64,000 nucleotides of DNA from Calditrichia bacterium. GTDB taxonomy: Bacteria; Calditrichota; Calditrichia; JAJRVZ01. Positions 28,622-39,667 of the stretch are shown here, piece after piece. Within the stretch, counting starts at the first letter, position 1, and each line of letters opens with the position of its first letter. The position numbers were made by a program, and so were the translations under genes. Under the pieces are notes generated by a model. It saw only the letters and a list, made by a program, of their open reading frames with translations. It was not told the origin of the DNA and made no database searches. The stretch is from NCBI GenBank assembly GCA_963796965.1, contig CAWCNS010000007.1, positions 544,001-608,000 on the forward strand, read 5' to 3'.

Positions 28622-30640
28622 TCAATCGTTTATTGCATAAGATATTACGAAATCAACCAATTCCTGGCTATGAAACCACCCAGACCACATATTATGTCCC
28701 TGGCCTTTGATTATTTTAAGCGTCATCCTTCCATCCAACTTCGCATATCTTTTAGCAAGCTCACCAGAATTTTCATCCAGAGGAACCAATTCGTCTTTAT
28801 CCCCATGAATATGAAATATCGGTATTTTTTCACCGGCAAGGGGGGCGAGCCGATCGATTGGATTGTTTTCAGCAAGATTTAAAGACAGTTCCTCCTCCGT
28901 CATTCCATAGGCACCACAGGCCTGTTTGAGGCCCGGGTAACTTGTGAGATTGCAAACCGGATAGATACCGGAAATACATGCCACGGATTCAGCATTTTCT
29001 GCTGCCCAGTTATAAAGCATCAATCCTCCACGGCTTCGCGCCAGCAAACATGCTTTCTTTGACAGCCCCCTTTTCTCCACAAGTTCTTTATAAAGAGCAG
29101 AATAGATGGCTCTACCATCCGGGCTCCCATAAGACTCACCCACATCAATGCCGGCAATAGCGATCCCCTTTTCCAGGAACTTATCAAACATCCACTTCTC
29201 CTCTTTCCCTGGTAGATTGGATAATGTTGGTGCATACCACACCCAAGGTATGTGCCCGGCAGGAGAGATTTCTTTTGGAAGAATGAGAAAGGCCGTTTGA
29301 CCCTCAATTGTGAACACTTCCCCTTCGACAGGTAGAATTTTTGTAGCAGTCTGTGGCGCAGCCTGGTGGACATTATGTCCAAACACTTTTTTTACAGACT
29401 CCAGATAGGCCATCTTGTTTCGGGTATCAGGCTCAAGATAACTTCCCTCCGTCCACTCATTCCAGCAATTAATCGTCAGGATGTGTGGTTCAGGACTTTT
29501 TTCCAACCGTTGCTTGGTGGCTTCCAGCGCCTGCTGGAATCTCAGAGGTGTATTTCCGGAAATGGTATTCATAAAAGGATATCCAAAGTTTCCAAAAGGA
29601 TCATCCTGATTTGCCCGCGGACTGGAGTCCCATCCCATCGTCACATTGGGATAATAAGGGACATCGAATATTGAATCAGCCTTGGTCCAGTACTTGAAGT
29701 AAGCCTCCTGGACATAAGTATAATCTGTCTGTTGTTCAGGCAGATTGACATGATGAATCCAAACATAGGAGGTAACACTGTCAAATCCAAGCTGCCTGAC
29801 GACATCAGCCGCGTTCGCAGGTTTTTTTTCACCAGGAATAATTGATCGCCCCCAGACCACCGCATTGAGATGAATATCGGGAAACCCGGCTGCTTTTGCT
29901 TTAGATCGAAATTGATCCAAGGCAGAACGGGTCGCTTCAATACTGCCAAAACTTTCCATAAGTTTATTCAACTCATAGATAGAAAAATAGGGTTTTCCCT
30001 CAATCTTCCAATAGGAGGGATGCTTGAAATAGGCTTGGATAACATGATCACAGACCTGTTCGAAAGTCTGTCTGTCTATAGCCCCCTTGTATAAAACTTT
30101 CTTTGGGCTATCCTTCTTGTAAGGTTGTATATCGATCCAGTCGTGATTGGCCCACATGAGGGAGAATTTTAGACGATCATTGTTCTTGGCTTTTATGAAT
30201 CCTTCATCTAATGCGCGCTCCAGAAAAGGACCATCGTCAAACCAATACCAATCGAAAATAAATGCATCAATTCCATGAGAGGCAGCTGCATCAATTTTTT
30301 GAGACATCATCTTAGGGTCCGATTCATCCGTATAACCCCAGAGTGGTATATTAGGCTGGAAATGAGAATTAAAACGTGGCCGGGCTGCTTTGACTAACTC
30401 CCATTCAGACCACCCTTCTCCCTTAAATTCCATATTTCTTGCATCGTTCGGGTGGTAATTTGGAAAATAATAACAGGCTACGGTTATTGGAGTTGAGATT
30501 TCAAATTTCAACAAGCTATCTGCAGAATTTAGAGATAATATCTTTGAAATTGGACCTTCAGCAGATTGTCCATAAATAAAAGTAATTGCTGATAAGATTA
30601 ATATGAATGTTTTTTTCATATATGAGGAATCCATTATCAC
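28622..30640 (-). CDS. Secreted GH99-like (WbsX-type) glycoside hydrolase fused to an alpha/beta hydrolase
   Basis: YYFPNYH, DWYW, WANHDW, GWDSSPR, WNEWTEGSYLEPD; C-terminal ARSRGG, HGDKD..VP, GQGH. Confidence 0.8.
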   Translation of the reverse strand: MIMDSSYMKKTFILILSAITFIYGQSAEGPISKILSLNSADSLLKFEISTPITVACYYFPNYHPNDARNMEFKGEGWSEWELVKAARPRFNSHFQPNIPLWGYTDESDPKMMSQKIDAAASHGIDAFIFDWYWFDDGPFLERALDEGFIKAKNNDRLKFSLMWANHDWIDIQPYKKDSPKKVLYKGAIDRQTFEQVCDHVIQAYFKHPSYWKIEGKPYFSIYELNKLMESFGSIEATRSALDQFRSKAKAAGFPDIHLNAVVWGRSIIPGEKKPANAADVVRQLGFDSVTSYVWIHHVNLPEQQTDYTYVQEAYFKYWTKADSIFDVPYYPNVTMGWDSSPRANQDDPFGNFGYPFMNTISGNTPLRFQQALEATKQRLEKSPEPHILTINCWNEWTEGSYLEPDTRNKMAYLESVKKVFGHNVHQAAPQTATKILPVEGEVFTIEGQTAFLILPKEISPAGHIPWVWYAPTLSNLPGKEEKWMFDKFLEKGIAIAGIDVGESYGSPDGRAIYSALYKELVEKRGLSKKACLLARSRGGLMLYNWAAENAESVACISGIYPVCNLTSYPGLKQACGAYGMTEEELSLNLAENNPIDRLAPLAGEKIPIFHIHGDKDELVPLDENSGELAKRYAKLDGRMTLKIIKGQGHNMWSGWFHSQELVDFVISYAIND

Positions 30641-31834
30641 AATCTCTTTATTACAACAATGGTAACATCATCTTCCCATTTTGTTTCATTACCGAAGGCA
30701 AAAACGTTTTTGTAGATAATATTAAAAATCTCTTGAGCGCTTTGCGACTGGTTTTGGACGATTAATTTTTTAAGACGAGAGAGGCCAAATTCCTCGTCAG
30801 CATCGTTATATCTTTCAAGTAACCCATCGCTATATATCACCAAAACAGCATCCGATTCAAAACTGGTGGATGCGCGATGCAATGTAATTTCAGAGACCGC
30901 ACCGAGAATTAACCCGGTTGAATCTAGTTGTCTAACCTGAGAGTTATAAACTAAAAGTGGCGGCGGATGCCCCGCGTTAACATAAAAGATATTCCCACTT
31001 CTTTCTACTTCCCCATAAAACAATGAGGTAAAACGTGAAGATAAGGTACTGCGGTGGATGACACGATTTAGACTTTTGCAGGGTTTCAGTCATTTTCATT
31101 TCTTTTTCTACACCCATTCGTAAACCTGTTACAACGTCCCGCACCATTAGAGCAGCCGGAAGTCCATGCCCACTGGCATCTCCAACCGCCACACTGAAAA
31201 AGTCATCACCGAAGACCGAAAAATCAAAAAAATCGCCGCCAACATACTCTGCGGGATATGATCCTCCGGCGGTTTCGTACCCAGGAATCTGTGGTGGATT
31301 GGCTGGCAATAAACTCTGTTGGATTAATGCGGCTTGTTTAATATTATTATTCATTGCTTCTGAGTGCAGGCGAAAATTCAACAATGTGCGTACAGCATTG
31401 AAACAGAATTCTACTTCTTCCCGCACCCAATTATTTTCAAGGGTAAATACGAAAATCCATTTCTTGTCCGGATTATGCACGATAAACGCAGCGGGAATGG
31501 CGTAATTCTTTTGCGGGCTGATTTGTTTATTATTGATCAAAGATAGGTCGTCAAAGATGAAACTCTTATTTATAATCACATGTTTTACAATCTTTGGGTC
31601 CAGGACTACCATAGCTTCCGGATCGCCAGGTTCATGTCTCTCAGGATGTTCCACGAGAAGGAACTGATCAAGATGCTCTACATAAAGGCAGCCTTTTTGT
31701 ATATGTAAATCTTTGCCAAATGAGTTCTCCAACTTTAAAATAACTGAAAAGAGAAAGTCGTCTTTTGTTCTTCCTTCGTCAATGTTTTCAAGCAGTTTTG
31801 CTAACTTTCGATAAAGATCTTTGGGTTGAATCAT
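30637..31834 (-). CDS. PP2C/SpoIIE-family Ser/Thr phosphatase; frameshift near 31070
   Basis: IQ.SLLP, VGGDFFD, GDASGHG.PAA, then NAGHPPP, SDG..E, DD.T in the second frame. Confidence 0.85.
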
Positions 31835-31848
31835 AAATGTTTTATTCC

Positions 31849-32163
31849 TTAGTAAGAACTTCTCATCTGTATCGGCGTATGTGCGTATATTTTTATTGCG
31901 TCTTCAGAGAAATTGAAGTTAGGGCAAATCATATTAAGCATGGTTTTTAGATTCATAGCCATATTCTTTATATCTTCTAAAGAAACGCCACTTTCGGCCG
32001 TTTTGGCTAGATAGTCTTCAGCATCAATCTGCATTACTTGCAGATACTTCGGATCATTATTAGCGAAAAAAGGTTTCATGGATGCTCTGCTGGAATCCAA
32101 TTGTTCGCGAAGTTTATCGTTGATTTTCAGACCTACAAATATAATGCTACTATCTTTCTGCAT
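31849..32163 (-). CDS. Hypothetical protein
   Basis: Plausible 104-aa ORF 15 nt upstream of, and co-oriented with, the PP2C gene. Confidence 0.6.
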   Translation of the reverse strand: MQKDSSIIFVGLKINDKLREQLDSSRASMKPFFANNDPKYLQVMQIDAEDYLAKTAESGVSLEDIKNMAMNLKTMLNMICPNFNFSEDAIKIYAHTPIQMRSSY

Positions 32164-32528
32164 AGGGATGCCTGTATTTTTTAGTCTTGAATCTTATATA
32201 CAATTAAAAATCTTTATATTCAGTGTTTTCCATATATTTTTTCAAAAATTATTGAAATCTTCTGCCGAAGATTTGAATTTTATTATATTTCTCAAGACAA
32301 TTTAAACAATATAATGGATTTACCATAGATAAAAAGATACCTATGTTGTCTGATAAAGGACTATTTTCTTAATAGAACTAAGAGATAAGAGCACGTTTAC
32401 TTCTATAATAAATACAATAATTCAAAAATTCAAAAAAATTAGTCCTGTCTCTTTTTTGGATCACTTAAATTCTGGATGTATATTTTACGGTGTAAATACT
32501 TATAACCTGTTTAATTAATACGAGCTGA

Positions 32529-33344
32529 ATGCATTACTTGTTGCTGAATTATATTATATATTTTTGCCTTGCGGCCATATGTTTTATGACCACCAGTTGT
32601 AGCACAACACGCTCCCATTATGCCTGGGGTGAAGATGCTACTATTTCACCTGGATGGGCGCGGGTAGGAGAATCTGCCTCCAATGCTGCTTTCCAGCCTG
32701 AGACCTGGGCGCCACTTGCTACAGCCGTATTGTTAGCCATTTCCGGTGCAGACAGTAAAGTTCAGACTTGGGCATCGGAAAATACCCCCATTTTTGGATC
32801 AGTATCCCGGGCCAGAGATGCCAGTGATAATCTGCTAAAGGTATCATCCTGGATTTACCTTACATCAGTCATAATTACACCAAGCGGCAATAATATCCCA
32901 ACTTTGTTATTGAACAAGACTAAAGGTCTGGCTGTAGGATTTGGTGCAATACTATCAACACAACTCCTGACGGCAGAACTAAAAACCATTGCAGGACGCG
33001 TACGTCCAGATAGTTCTGATTCGAGAAGTTTTCCATCTGGCCATACCTCAGCTGTCGCGACCAATATGATGTTAACCAGTCGAAATATCGAATATCTGGA
33101 ATTGGAGCCCTGGGCCGAGGATGCAATCAAGATTGGTCTGAACACTATGACTTTAACAACAGCCTGGGCCCGAATTGAAGGCAGGGCCCATTATCCGTCG
33201 GATGTTCTCTTTGGGGCTGCTTTGGGCAATTTTATAGGTGCCTTTATCAATGATACTTTTCTGGGTAGATTTTCTGATAATATTAAACTAACGACTGATA
33301 TTGGCCCAGACCACAGGGTATTAAATTTATGGATCGGATTTTAA
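32529..33344 (+). CDS. PAP2-family phosphatase (probable lipoprotein/membrane protein)
   Basis: K....R.RP, SFPSGH, R....AH.PSDV..G motifs. Confidence 0.88.
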   Translation: MHYLLLNYIIYFCLAAICFMTTSCSTTRSHYAWGEDATISPGWARVGESASNAAFQPETWAPLATAVLLAISGADSKVQTWASENTPIFGSVSRARDASDNLLKVSSWIYLTSVIITPSGNNIPTLLLNKTKGLAVGFGAILSTQLLTAELKTIAGRVRPDSSDSRSFPSGHTSAVATNMMLTSRNIEYLELEPWAEDAIKIGLNTMTLTTAWARIEGRAHYPSDVLFGAALGNFIGAFINDTFLGRFSDNIKLTTDIGPDHRVLNLWIGF

Positions 33345-33616
33345 ACACAAAGAACACAAAGTAACCACAGAGGACTCAGAGAAAAGATTATTTCTGTTTA
33401 TTAAATCACGGTTAGTACTAATCTATTGGTTATATTTATGATTTAGGATAGGTACGATCTAAAACTCTAAAGATTTTCTCTGCGAACTCTGCGTCTTTTG
33501 CGCCTCTGCATGAGAAAGAACTAAACGCAAAGAACTCCAAGAAAGCACCAAGTTCACAAAGTTATAATACCCCTTTATGTTCTTTGTGTCCTCTGAGGCT
33601 TCTATGTGAACTTTGT
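33344..33616. repeat. Composite palindromic repeat (CACAAAG and CGCAGAG modules)
   Basis: Same arm motifs as the copies at 39284, 49779 and 52911. Confidence 0.75.
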
Positions 33617-33675
33617 ATTTAATAAAGAAAGATATATCATCACGCCAAATATTAAGAAAGGTAAATGGTGATTTT

Positions 33676-34729
33676 ATGAAACATTCTCTCCTGCTTTCTA
33701 TCTTTTCGTTAAGCCTCTTGATCAATCCGGTAGTTGCCGATGAAAAAATTGAATTTTCCGGGTATGGTGCCGCAGGTTATCTGTTTATAGACCAGAATCC
33801 TTTAACAGAAGCAAATCAGCCAACCTATTATATAGGGAAATTGCAGGCAGATATTGAGTTTAATGATGAGATTGAAGCCCAACTTGATCTGCGTGGAAAT
33901 TCTGTTACAAACAATATTACTTTCCGTGAATTTTCGGCCAAATTCAAATATATGAATCATATACGCTTCAAAATGGGCCATATAAAAAGGCCCTTTGGCC
34001 ACGAATACATGATTAACCGGGAAGATTTGCCAACGATTAATCGCAGTGTTGTCCAAAACAATTTGTCACTCATGGGTTATAGTGTGCGCTCGGTCAGCGT
34101 AATGGCCTATTACAATTATTCTAAAAAGCGTCCGGATTTCCCCTATACCTACGCCCTTTCCCTCTTTAAAGATAATTCACTCGGTTCAGGAGCCGGATTA
34201 CGCGGTTTATATCATATTAATAACTTCAGTTTCGGATTTAATTACCTGTTTCAGAATACAAGTGGGAACTATCCGGTCTCTGCCCACGGCATTGAATTGG
34301 AAGGCGGATTTACTGGTAAAAAAAGTAACCTTAACGCTCAAATAATTTATGTCCGCGATCCGATTCGAAGTCGAGAAATTATGGCCGCCAATGATGCCCG
34401 TGCCAAAGAGGATCAGCCGCCTCTTGATCAAAGCGAAAAGGTCTACAGTGCAGGCGCAGCACTGGAGGGATCAATTTTATTTGATACGGGAGCCAAGGTG
34501 ATCAAAACCATTGAACCTCTCATTTTATTCAAGCTTTTTTATTCCTGATAATCAAAAAATGGACAATCATATTCTGCAAGGTCTGGCAGGTGTAAATTTT
34601 TACTTTACGAAAAAGGTACGAATAAGGCTAAACGCCGATCTGCGTCTAACCAAGAGTGAATATGATGAATCCGGGGATTATGCTACCAATGAATCACGGG
34701 CCATCGTTGAATTGCACGTTCGGTTCTAG
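33676..34729 (+). CDS. Putative porin (phosphate-selective O/P-like); frameshift near 34530
   Basis: Signal peptide; F.G, K.G..K.PFG.E; amphipathic strands; terminal Phe (VELHVRF). Confidence 0.65.
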
Positions 34730-34760
34730 GTAAAGACATTGAAAAAAAAGATAAAAGACT

Positions 34761-34857
34761 TACCACAAAGTACTCAAAGTAGGCACAAAGTTCCCAAAGA
34801 TAGAATTTTTATAAAAAACTTTGTGACCTTGGTGCCTTCTTGGTGAACTTTGTGGTT
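34761..34857. repeat. Palindromic element, CACAAAG arm type
   Basis: ACCACAAAG..GGCACAAAG..CCCAAAG / CTTTGTG..GTGCC..CTTTGTGGTT. Confidence 0.8.
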
Positions 34858-34895
34858 AAAAATCAGATAAACAATTCACTTATAAAGCAAGAGAT

Positions 34896-36029
34896 ATGAT
34901 AATAATGGGTTCTTATAAAGTTTATTTAATAATGGCGTTACTTTGTTTTGTATATAGCTGTGATGAGACAGTTATGTATAATGGTTCGGAAGGCCTTTCA
35001 GAGATGCCGGTGATAGAAGTATTTATTGATGAGGATGAATATTTCAATCTGCTCCAAAACAAAACGACAAAAACAGAAGTTCCCATGAAATTAATACATA
35101 AGGGTGAGACAAACACAGGTATTATCCGCTCAAGCGGTGGAGGTTCGCGCATGCATCCCCGCTGGAATTATCGTATTGAACTTAATAATAATGCTGAAGT
35201 GGAAGGACTAAACACCTTCTCACTTAGTTCCCAATCTCTTGACCCCACAATGATCCATACCACACTTGTGTCCCGCCTGTACTCACTACGCGGGACCCCT
35301 ATTTTTCGCAATAAACATGTCTTTTTAAAGATAAATAATCAGGATAAGGGTTTATACCTGCTTGTGGAAAGGATCGATGAACAATTTTTCAATTTAAGAG
35401 ACATACCAACCTACGAGATTTACCAGGCAGGTTTTGATTCAGATTTTACATTTGGGGGGGAGGATCATCCTCAGTTTACCTACGATAAAAAACTGCCGGA
35501 AGATAAAAACTATACCCATCTTTTTAATTACATCCATGCTATCGACACATGCGGGATAGATGATATCGAGCAGAGTCTTAATAATTACATGGATATTGAT
35601 GATTATCTTCAATACCATGCAATGTCATCCATTACTAATAATAACGATGCCTTTAAAAATAATTATTACCTGCATCGACGTACGGCAACCGCTCCTTACA
35701 CTTTTATTCCCTGGGATTTTGACAGGGCTTTTGATCCTGAGGCTGAGGTTGGTTTTGCTGGTGAGAATACATTATTTGAAAAAATAATTCAGAACCCTTC
35801 AATAGAAGAGAAGTATTTAAGAGAAATAGAACATATTCTGGATAACTACTTTCGGGAGGATATCCTCTTCCCAATTATTGATTCCACGGCGAGTTATATA
35901 GAAAAGGCATATAATCTTGATCCTTTCCTTGGCGGAGGCGGTTATAACCTTGAATACCAGGTGAAGGAGTTAAAAGAAGTCATCTCAGAACAAATTGCGT
36001 TTTTTAGAGGATCGGGCGAAGATATTTAA
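34896..36029 (+). CDS. CotH kinase family lipoprotein
   Basis: Lipobox-like VYSC; GLY.LVERID, D....NYY, IPWD.D motifs. Confidence 0.8.
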   Translation: MIIMGSYKVYLIMALLCFVYSCDETVMYNGSEGLSEMPVIEVFIDEDEYFNLLQNKTTKTEVPMKLIHKGETNTGIIRSSGGGSRMHPRWNYRIELNNNAEVEGLNTFSLSSQSLDPTMIHTTLVSRLYSLRGTPIFRNKHVFLKINNQDKGLYLLVERIDEQFFNLRDIPTYEIYQAGFDSDFTFGGEDHPQFTYDKKLPEDKNYTHLFNYIHAIDTCGIDDIEQSLNNYMDIDDYLQYHAMSSITNNNDAFKNNYYLHRRTATAPYTFIPWDFDRAFDPEAEVGFAGENTLFEKIIQNPSIEEKYLREIEHILDNYFREDILFPIIDSTASYIEKAYNLDPFLGGGGYNLEYQVKELKEVISEQIAFFRGSGEDI

Positions 36030-36069
36030 TAATAGTGTATCGCGTACCGCTCTGCATGAGATAAAAGAT

Positions 36070-36167
36070 AACCACAAAGAGCACCAAGAAGGCACTAAGA
36101 TCACAAAGTTTTTAATATGAATTATTTCTTTGTGTACTTTGTGCCTTCTTGGTGTACTTAGTGGTTA
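36070..36167. repeat. Palindromic element, CACAAAG arm type
   Basis: AACCACAAAG..CACCAAGAAGGCACTAAGATCACAAAG / CTTTGTG..CTTTGTGCCTTCTTGGTG..CTTAGTGGTT. Confidence 0.85.
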
Positions 36168-36226
36168 AAAAAGCAGACAAACAATTAGGTAGACCTTGAA
36201 AACGTGGTGGCGCTGCGCGAGACTGG

Positions 36227-38882
36227 TTATTCGTATTTCAAAGCATCTACCGGATTCGCTGTTGCCGCTTTTAAAGATTGATATGAGATTGTCAATAGGC
36301 TGATGATAACCGCCAGCAAAGTGGACAAGAGAAACGTATAAATGTTTATATCAATCCTGTATGGAAATTCGTTTAACCATTGCGCGATAGAAAAATAAGC
36401 CAGAGGATAGGCGATGATATTGGCAACGAGGACCAGGGCGATCAATTCCTTACTCAACAAGGCCATGATCTGAGTGACGGAACTACCCAATGTCTTACGG
36501 ATGCCGATTTCTTTGGTGCGTTTTTCAGCCGCATAGGCAACCATCCCAAACAGCCCAAGGCAGGCAATAAAAATCGCCAGGAATGTAAAATAGGAAATAA
36601 TATCGCGTGAACGCTCGATATTGATAAATTGATCATTAAAATCTTCATCCAGAAAATAATAGTTAAATGGCTTGTCTGGAAAAAGCCCTCCCCATATTTC
36701 TTTCATTTTTGAGATAAGCTCCCTGGATATCCTCAGGTCGAATGCGTGTTGCTATGACCCTGATCTTAGCATATTCAAAGGGATAATCCAGGACATTAGC
36801 GATAAAAAATGGTTGAATTTCTCTGGTTAACGAGGATAAATGAAAATCCTTTACCACCCCTATCACCTTCCGGTTTTCATAAGTGAGCAATTCCGGATCA
36901 TCCGTATTTGGCGTTTGAATAAATTTGCCGAGTGATTTCTCCCATCCAAATTTCCTTGCGGCCGTTTCATTTATAATCACAGATCCGCGCGGATCAGAGC
37001 CAAATTCTTTGGAAAAATTCCGGCCTTCTATAATTTCTATTTCCAGGGTTGGTATAAATCCCTCATCTATATTTAATTCCCGCATCAATTGTGTATTATC
37101 TTTTGTAAATCCCTGAGGAATCTTGCTGTTCATCGGTCCACTCCAGCCTGGTAAAGTAGATCCGGCTCCGGAATTGATTACATCCGGCAATTGACGATAT
37201 TTATCCTGAAGGAGGGGCACAGCCTGACGAACGGTTTCATCCCTCACTGAAATGCAAACAACATGCTCTTTCTCAAATCCGGCATCTTTTGTTTTTAAAA
37301 AATCTAATTGCTGTACCACGAGAGCCGTACCAATAATTAAGGTAATAGATATCACAAATTGTGTTACCACTAAAAACCGTCGAAAGTAGATATTCGCTTT
37401 TGGCATATTAAACTTACTTTTCATTACATCTACAGGCTCGAATCGCGATAGAATCAAAGCAGGATAACTACCGGCGATCAACCCGACAAAAATTGTACAG
37501 ATGATCAGGCCAGGAATCAACCAGGATATTTCCAGAACATTATTAGATAATTCCCTCTGCGCATAGTCACTTATAACCGGTAAGAGTATAAGAGCCACGA
37601 CCATAGCAATTATCATCGCCACAGCACTTAATAATAAAGCCTCGGTTAGAAATTGTTTGATGAGCCTGCTCCGATTTGCACCTAAAACCTTGCGAATACC
37701 GACTTCAGTTGCACGGGTCATTGAACGTGCCGAAGAAAGGTTCATAAAATTAACACAGGCAATAAGCAATATAAAAGCCGCGACTGCACTGAAAATATAG
37801 ACATAGGTTATCGGGCCAAAATCTCTGTTTAAAGGACGCAAATAGATATCTTTCATGGGCTGTAGAAATACCGTGATAAGACGCCCCACTTGCTTCTAAT
37901 TCTTCCGCGGCATATTCATAATATATATTTTCTATCTTCTTTTCAAGATTCTGCCTTATCTGTACCTTCTTTTAATAGTACGTAAGTATTAAAATTATGT
38001 GAGGTCCAATCTGTTAAAATCCGGGGTGACATCTTATTTCCGCGTGTAGATGTGCTAAAGGAGCACAGCCCATTAAAACTCAAGGGTTGAATATCGTGGC
38101 AACATCGGCCACAATTCCCGTAACAGTATAATTTTCAGTATCATTAAGTGATAATTGTTTTTCCGATAGGATCTTCATTTTCGAAATATTTCGCTTGCTG
38201 TTTCCTCTGTTAGTACAATAGAGAATGGGACTTTTAGTGCTGTCTCAGGATCACCTTTTATAAGCGGCCAGGAAAATATATTAAATACAGCATTATCAGT
38301 ATAATGAAATCGTTCTGTGAACTGCTTTTCATTGTATTTCACTGAAGTTCTCATGTAGCGAAATCGGGTCGTTTCCTCAACTTCCGGATAGTTACTTTTT
38401 AATGCCTCGGCGATGACACCATTAGTACCTGTTTGTCTGGCATTAAAATTAGCATAGGCCATTTCTTCGCCGACTCTGTAGATACGGTCTTTTTTTGTAT
38501 GATAATTATCAAAACTGAGTTCAGAATTGATATAAATAGCCAATATTATACAGCAGGCCAGGCCGATTGAGAGACCGGAAATATTTATCACTGTAAAGGA
38601 TTTATGTTTTTTAATATTTCTAAAGGCTGTTTTTAGATAATTATTAAACATAACAATGCTCCAAAAAAGATGACTCTTTATAAAATTAATAAAAGGAAAA
38701 CAGATCTGGCCGACATACCAAAGATTTGCAGAACCCCTACCCTTCTCCTCACGGATATAATGATACTCTTCTTCCAAATCTCCGATAACGGTTTGCCTGT
38801 TACCAGATCGCGTCATCATGGATATGATCCACACGGCTATCCTAGGCGGATTGTTTTTCATCTCGTTATACGCCACCATCAA
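36227..38882 (-). CDS. MacB/FtsX-like duplicated ABC transporter permease, broken by several frameshifts
   Basis: GDL.EEY prefix domain, NY.K.A.RN, IAC.NF.NL, EVGIRKVLGA, RTKEIGIRK.LG, ANPV..LKYE. Confidence 0.8.
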
Positions 38883-39195
38883 AAACTAAGTTATCAAAAT
38901 CTCCCCAAACTTTGCGATACATTTCCATCGCTTCTTTAAGGGCCGCTCTTCCTTCAGTTGTTATTTGATAATAGGCTTTACTTCTTCCACCTCTTGTCGG
39001 GGTGGGCTCACCGGCCTGTTTCTGTACATATTCTTTTACTCTTAACTGGTCCAGTAAAAAATATAAGGTGCCATAAGGAATGTCCTTACCCGTTTCTTCT
39101 TTTATTTTTCTCCTGAGAGCAACGCCATAGGCCTTATCCTGCATTTTCCAGATAGTGATTAGGACCAGTTCTTCAGCCTTGCTAAGTTCTTTCAT
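38866..39195 (-). CDS. PadR-family transcriptional regulator
   Basis: EE.VL, AYG..L, G.LY..L..L, RGGR.K.YY..T..G. Confidence 0.88.
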   Translation of the reverse strand: MKELSKAEELVLITIWKMQDKAYGVALRRKIKEETGKDIPYGTLYFLLDQLRVKEYVQKQAGEPTPTRGGRSKAYYQITTEGRAALKEAMEMYRKVWGDFDNLVFDGGV

Positions 39196-39211
39196 ATGTA
39201 TTCCTCGCTAT

Positions 39212-39253
39212 TATTCAAGTTACTTGAATATATATATGTACGAGTTTCTTGAA
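39212..39253. promoter_or_regulatory. Putative PadR operator pair
   Basis: Perfect palindrome TATTCAAGT-T-ACTTGAATA (39212-39230) and degenerate copy TACGAGTTTCTTGAA (39239-39253) just upstream of padR. Confidence 0.6.
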
Positions 39254-39283
39254 AAAAGTTTCATTACTTTTTCAATGAGCAGC

Positions 39284-39551
39284 CGTTTTACGGAGTGAAA
39301 TTTAAAAAGACTACCACTAAGGTTCACCAAGAAGGCACAAAGATCACAAAGTATTTATAAAAAGTTTTTTGTGCTTAGTGTTAAGTTTTTTTCTCGCAGA
39401 GCCGCAGAGGACGCAGAAAAATATTAGGATTTTAGATCTCGCTGATTGTCAATTTATAGTCAATACCAACAATCTATATTAACCACAGTTGAAAAAATAG
39501 AATTATTTTTTCTTTGCGTACTTTGTGCCTTCTTTGTGTACTTTGTGGTTA
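39284..39551. repeat. About 270-bp composite palindromic element
   Basis: Direct copy at 52911-53191; inverted copies at 49779-50023 and 51168-51608. Confidence 0.9.
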
Positions 39552-39607
39552 AAGATCAGATAAACAATTAAGAAATACGCTGCGGGCAATTATTGGCTTT
39601 TAAATAC

Positions 39608-39638
39608 AAAAGTCCCGGCACCTGAGTACCGGGACTTT
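39608..39638 (-). terminator. Intrinsic terminator
   Basis: AAAGTCCCGG...CCGGGACTTT hairpin about 30 nt after the FISUMP gene stop. Confidence 0.75.
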
Positions 39639-39667
39639 AACCAAAATCTATGTTTGTCAGATATCAA

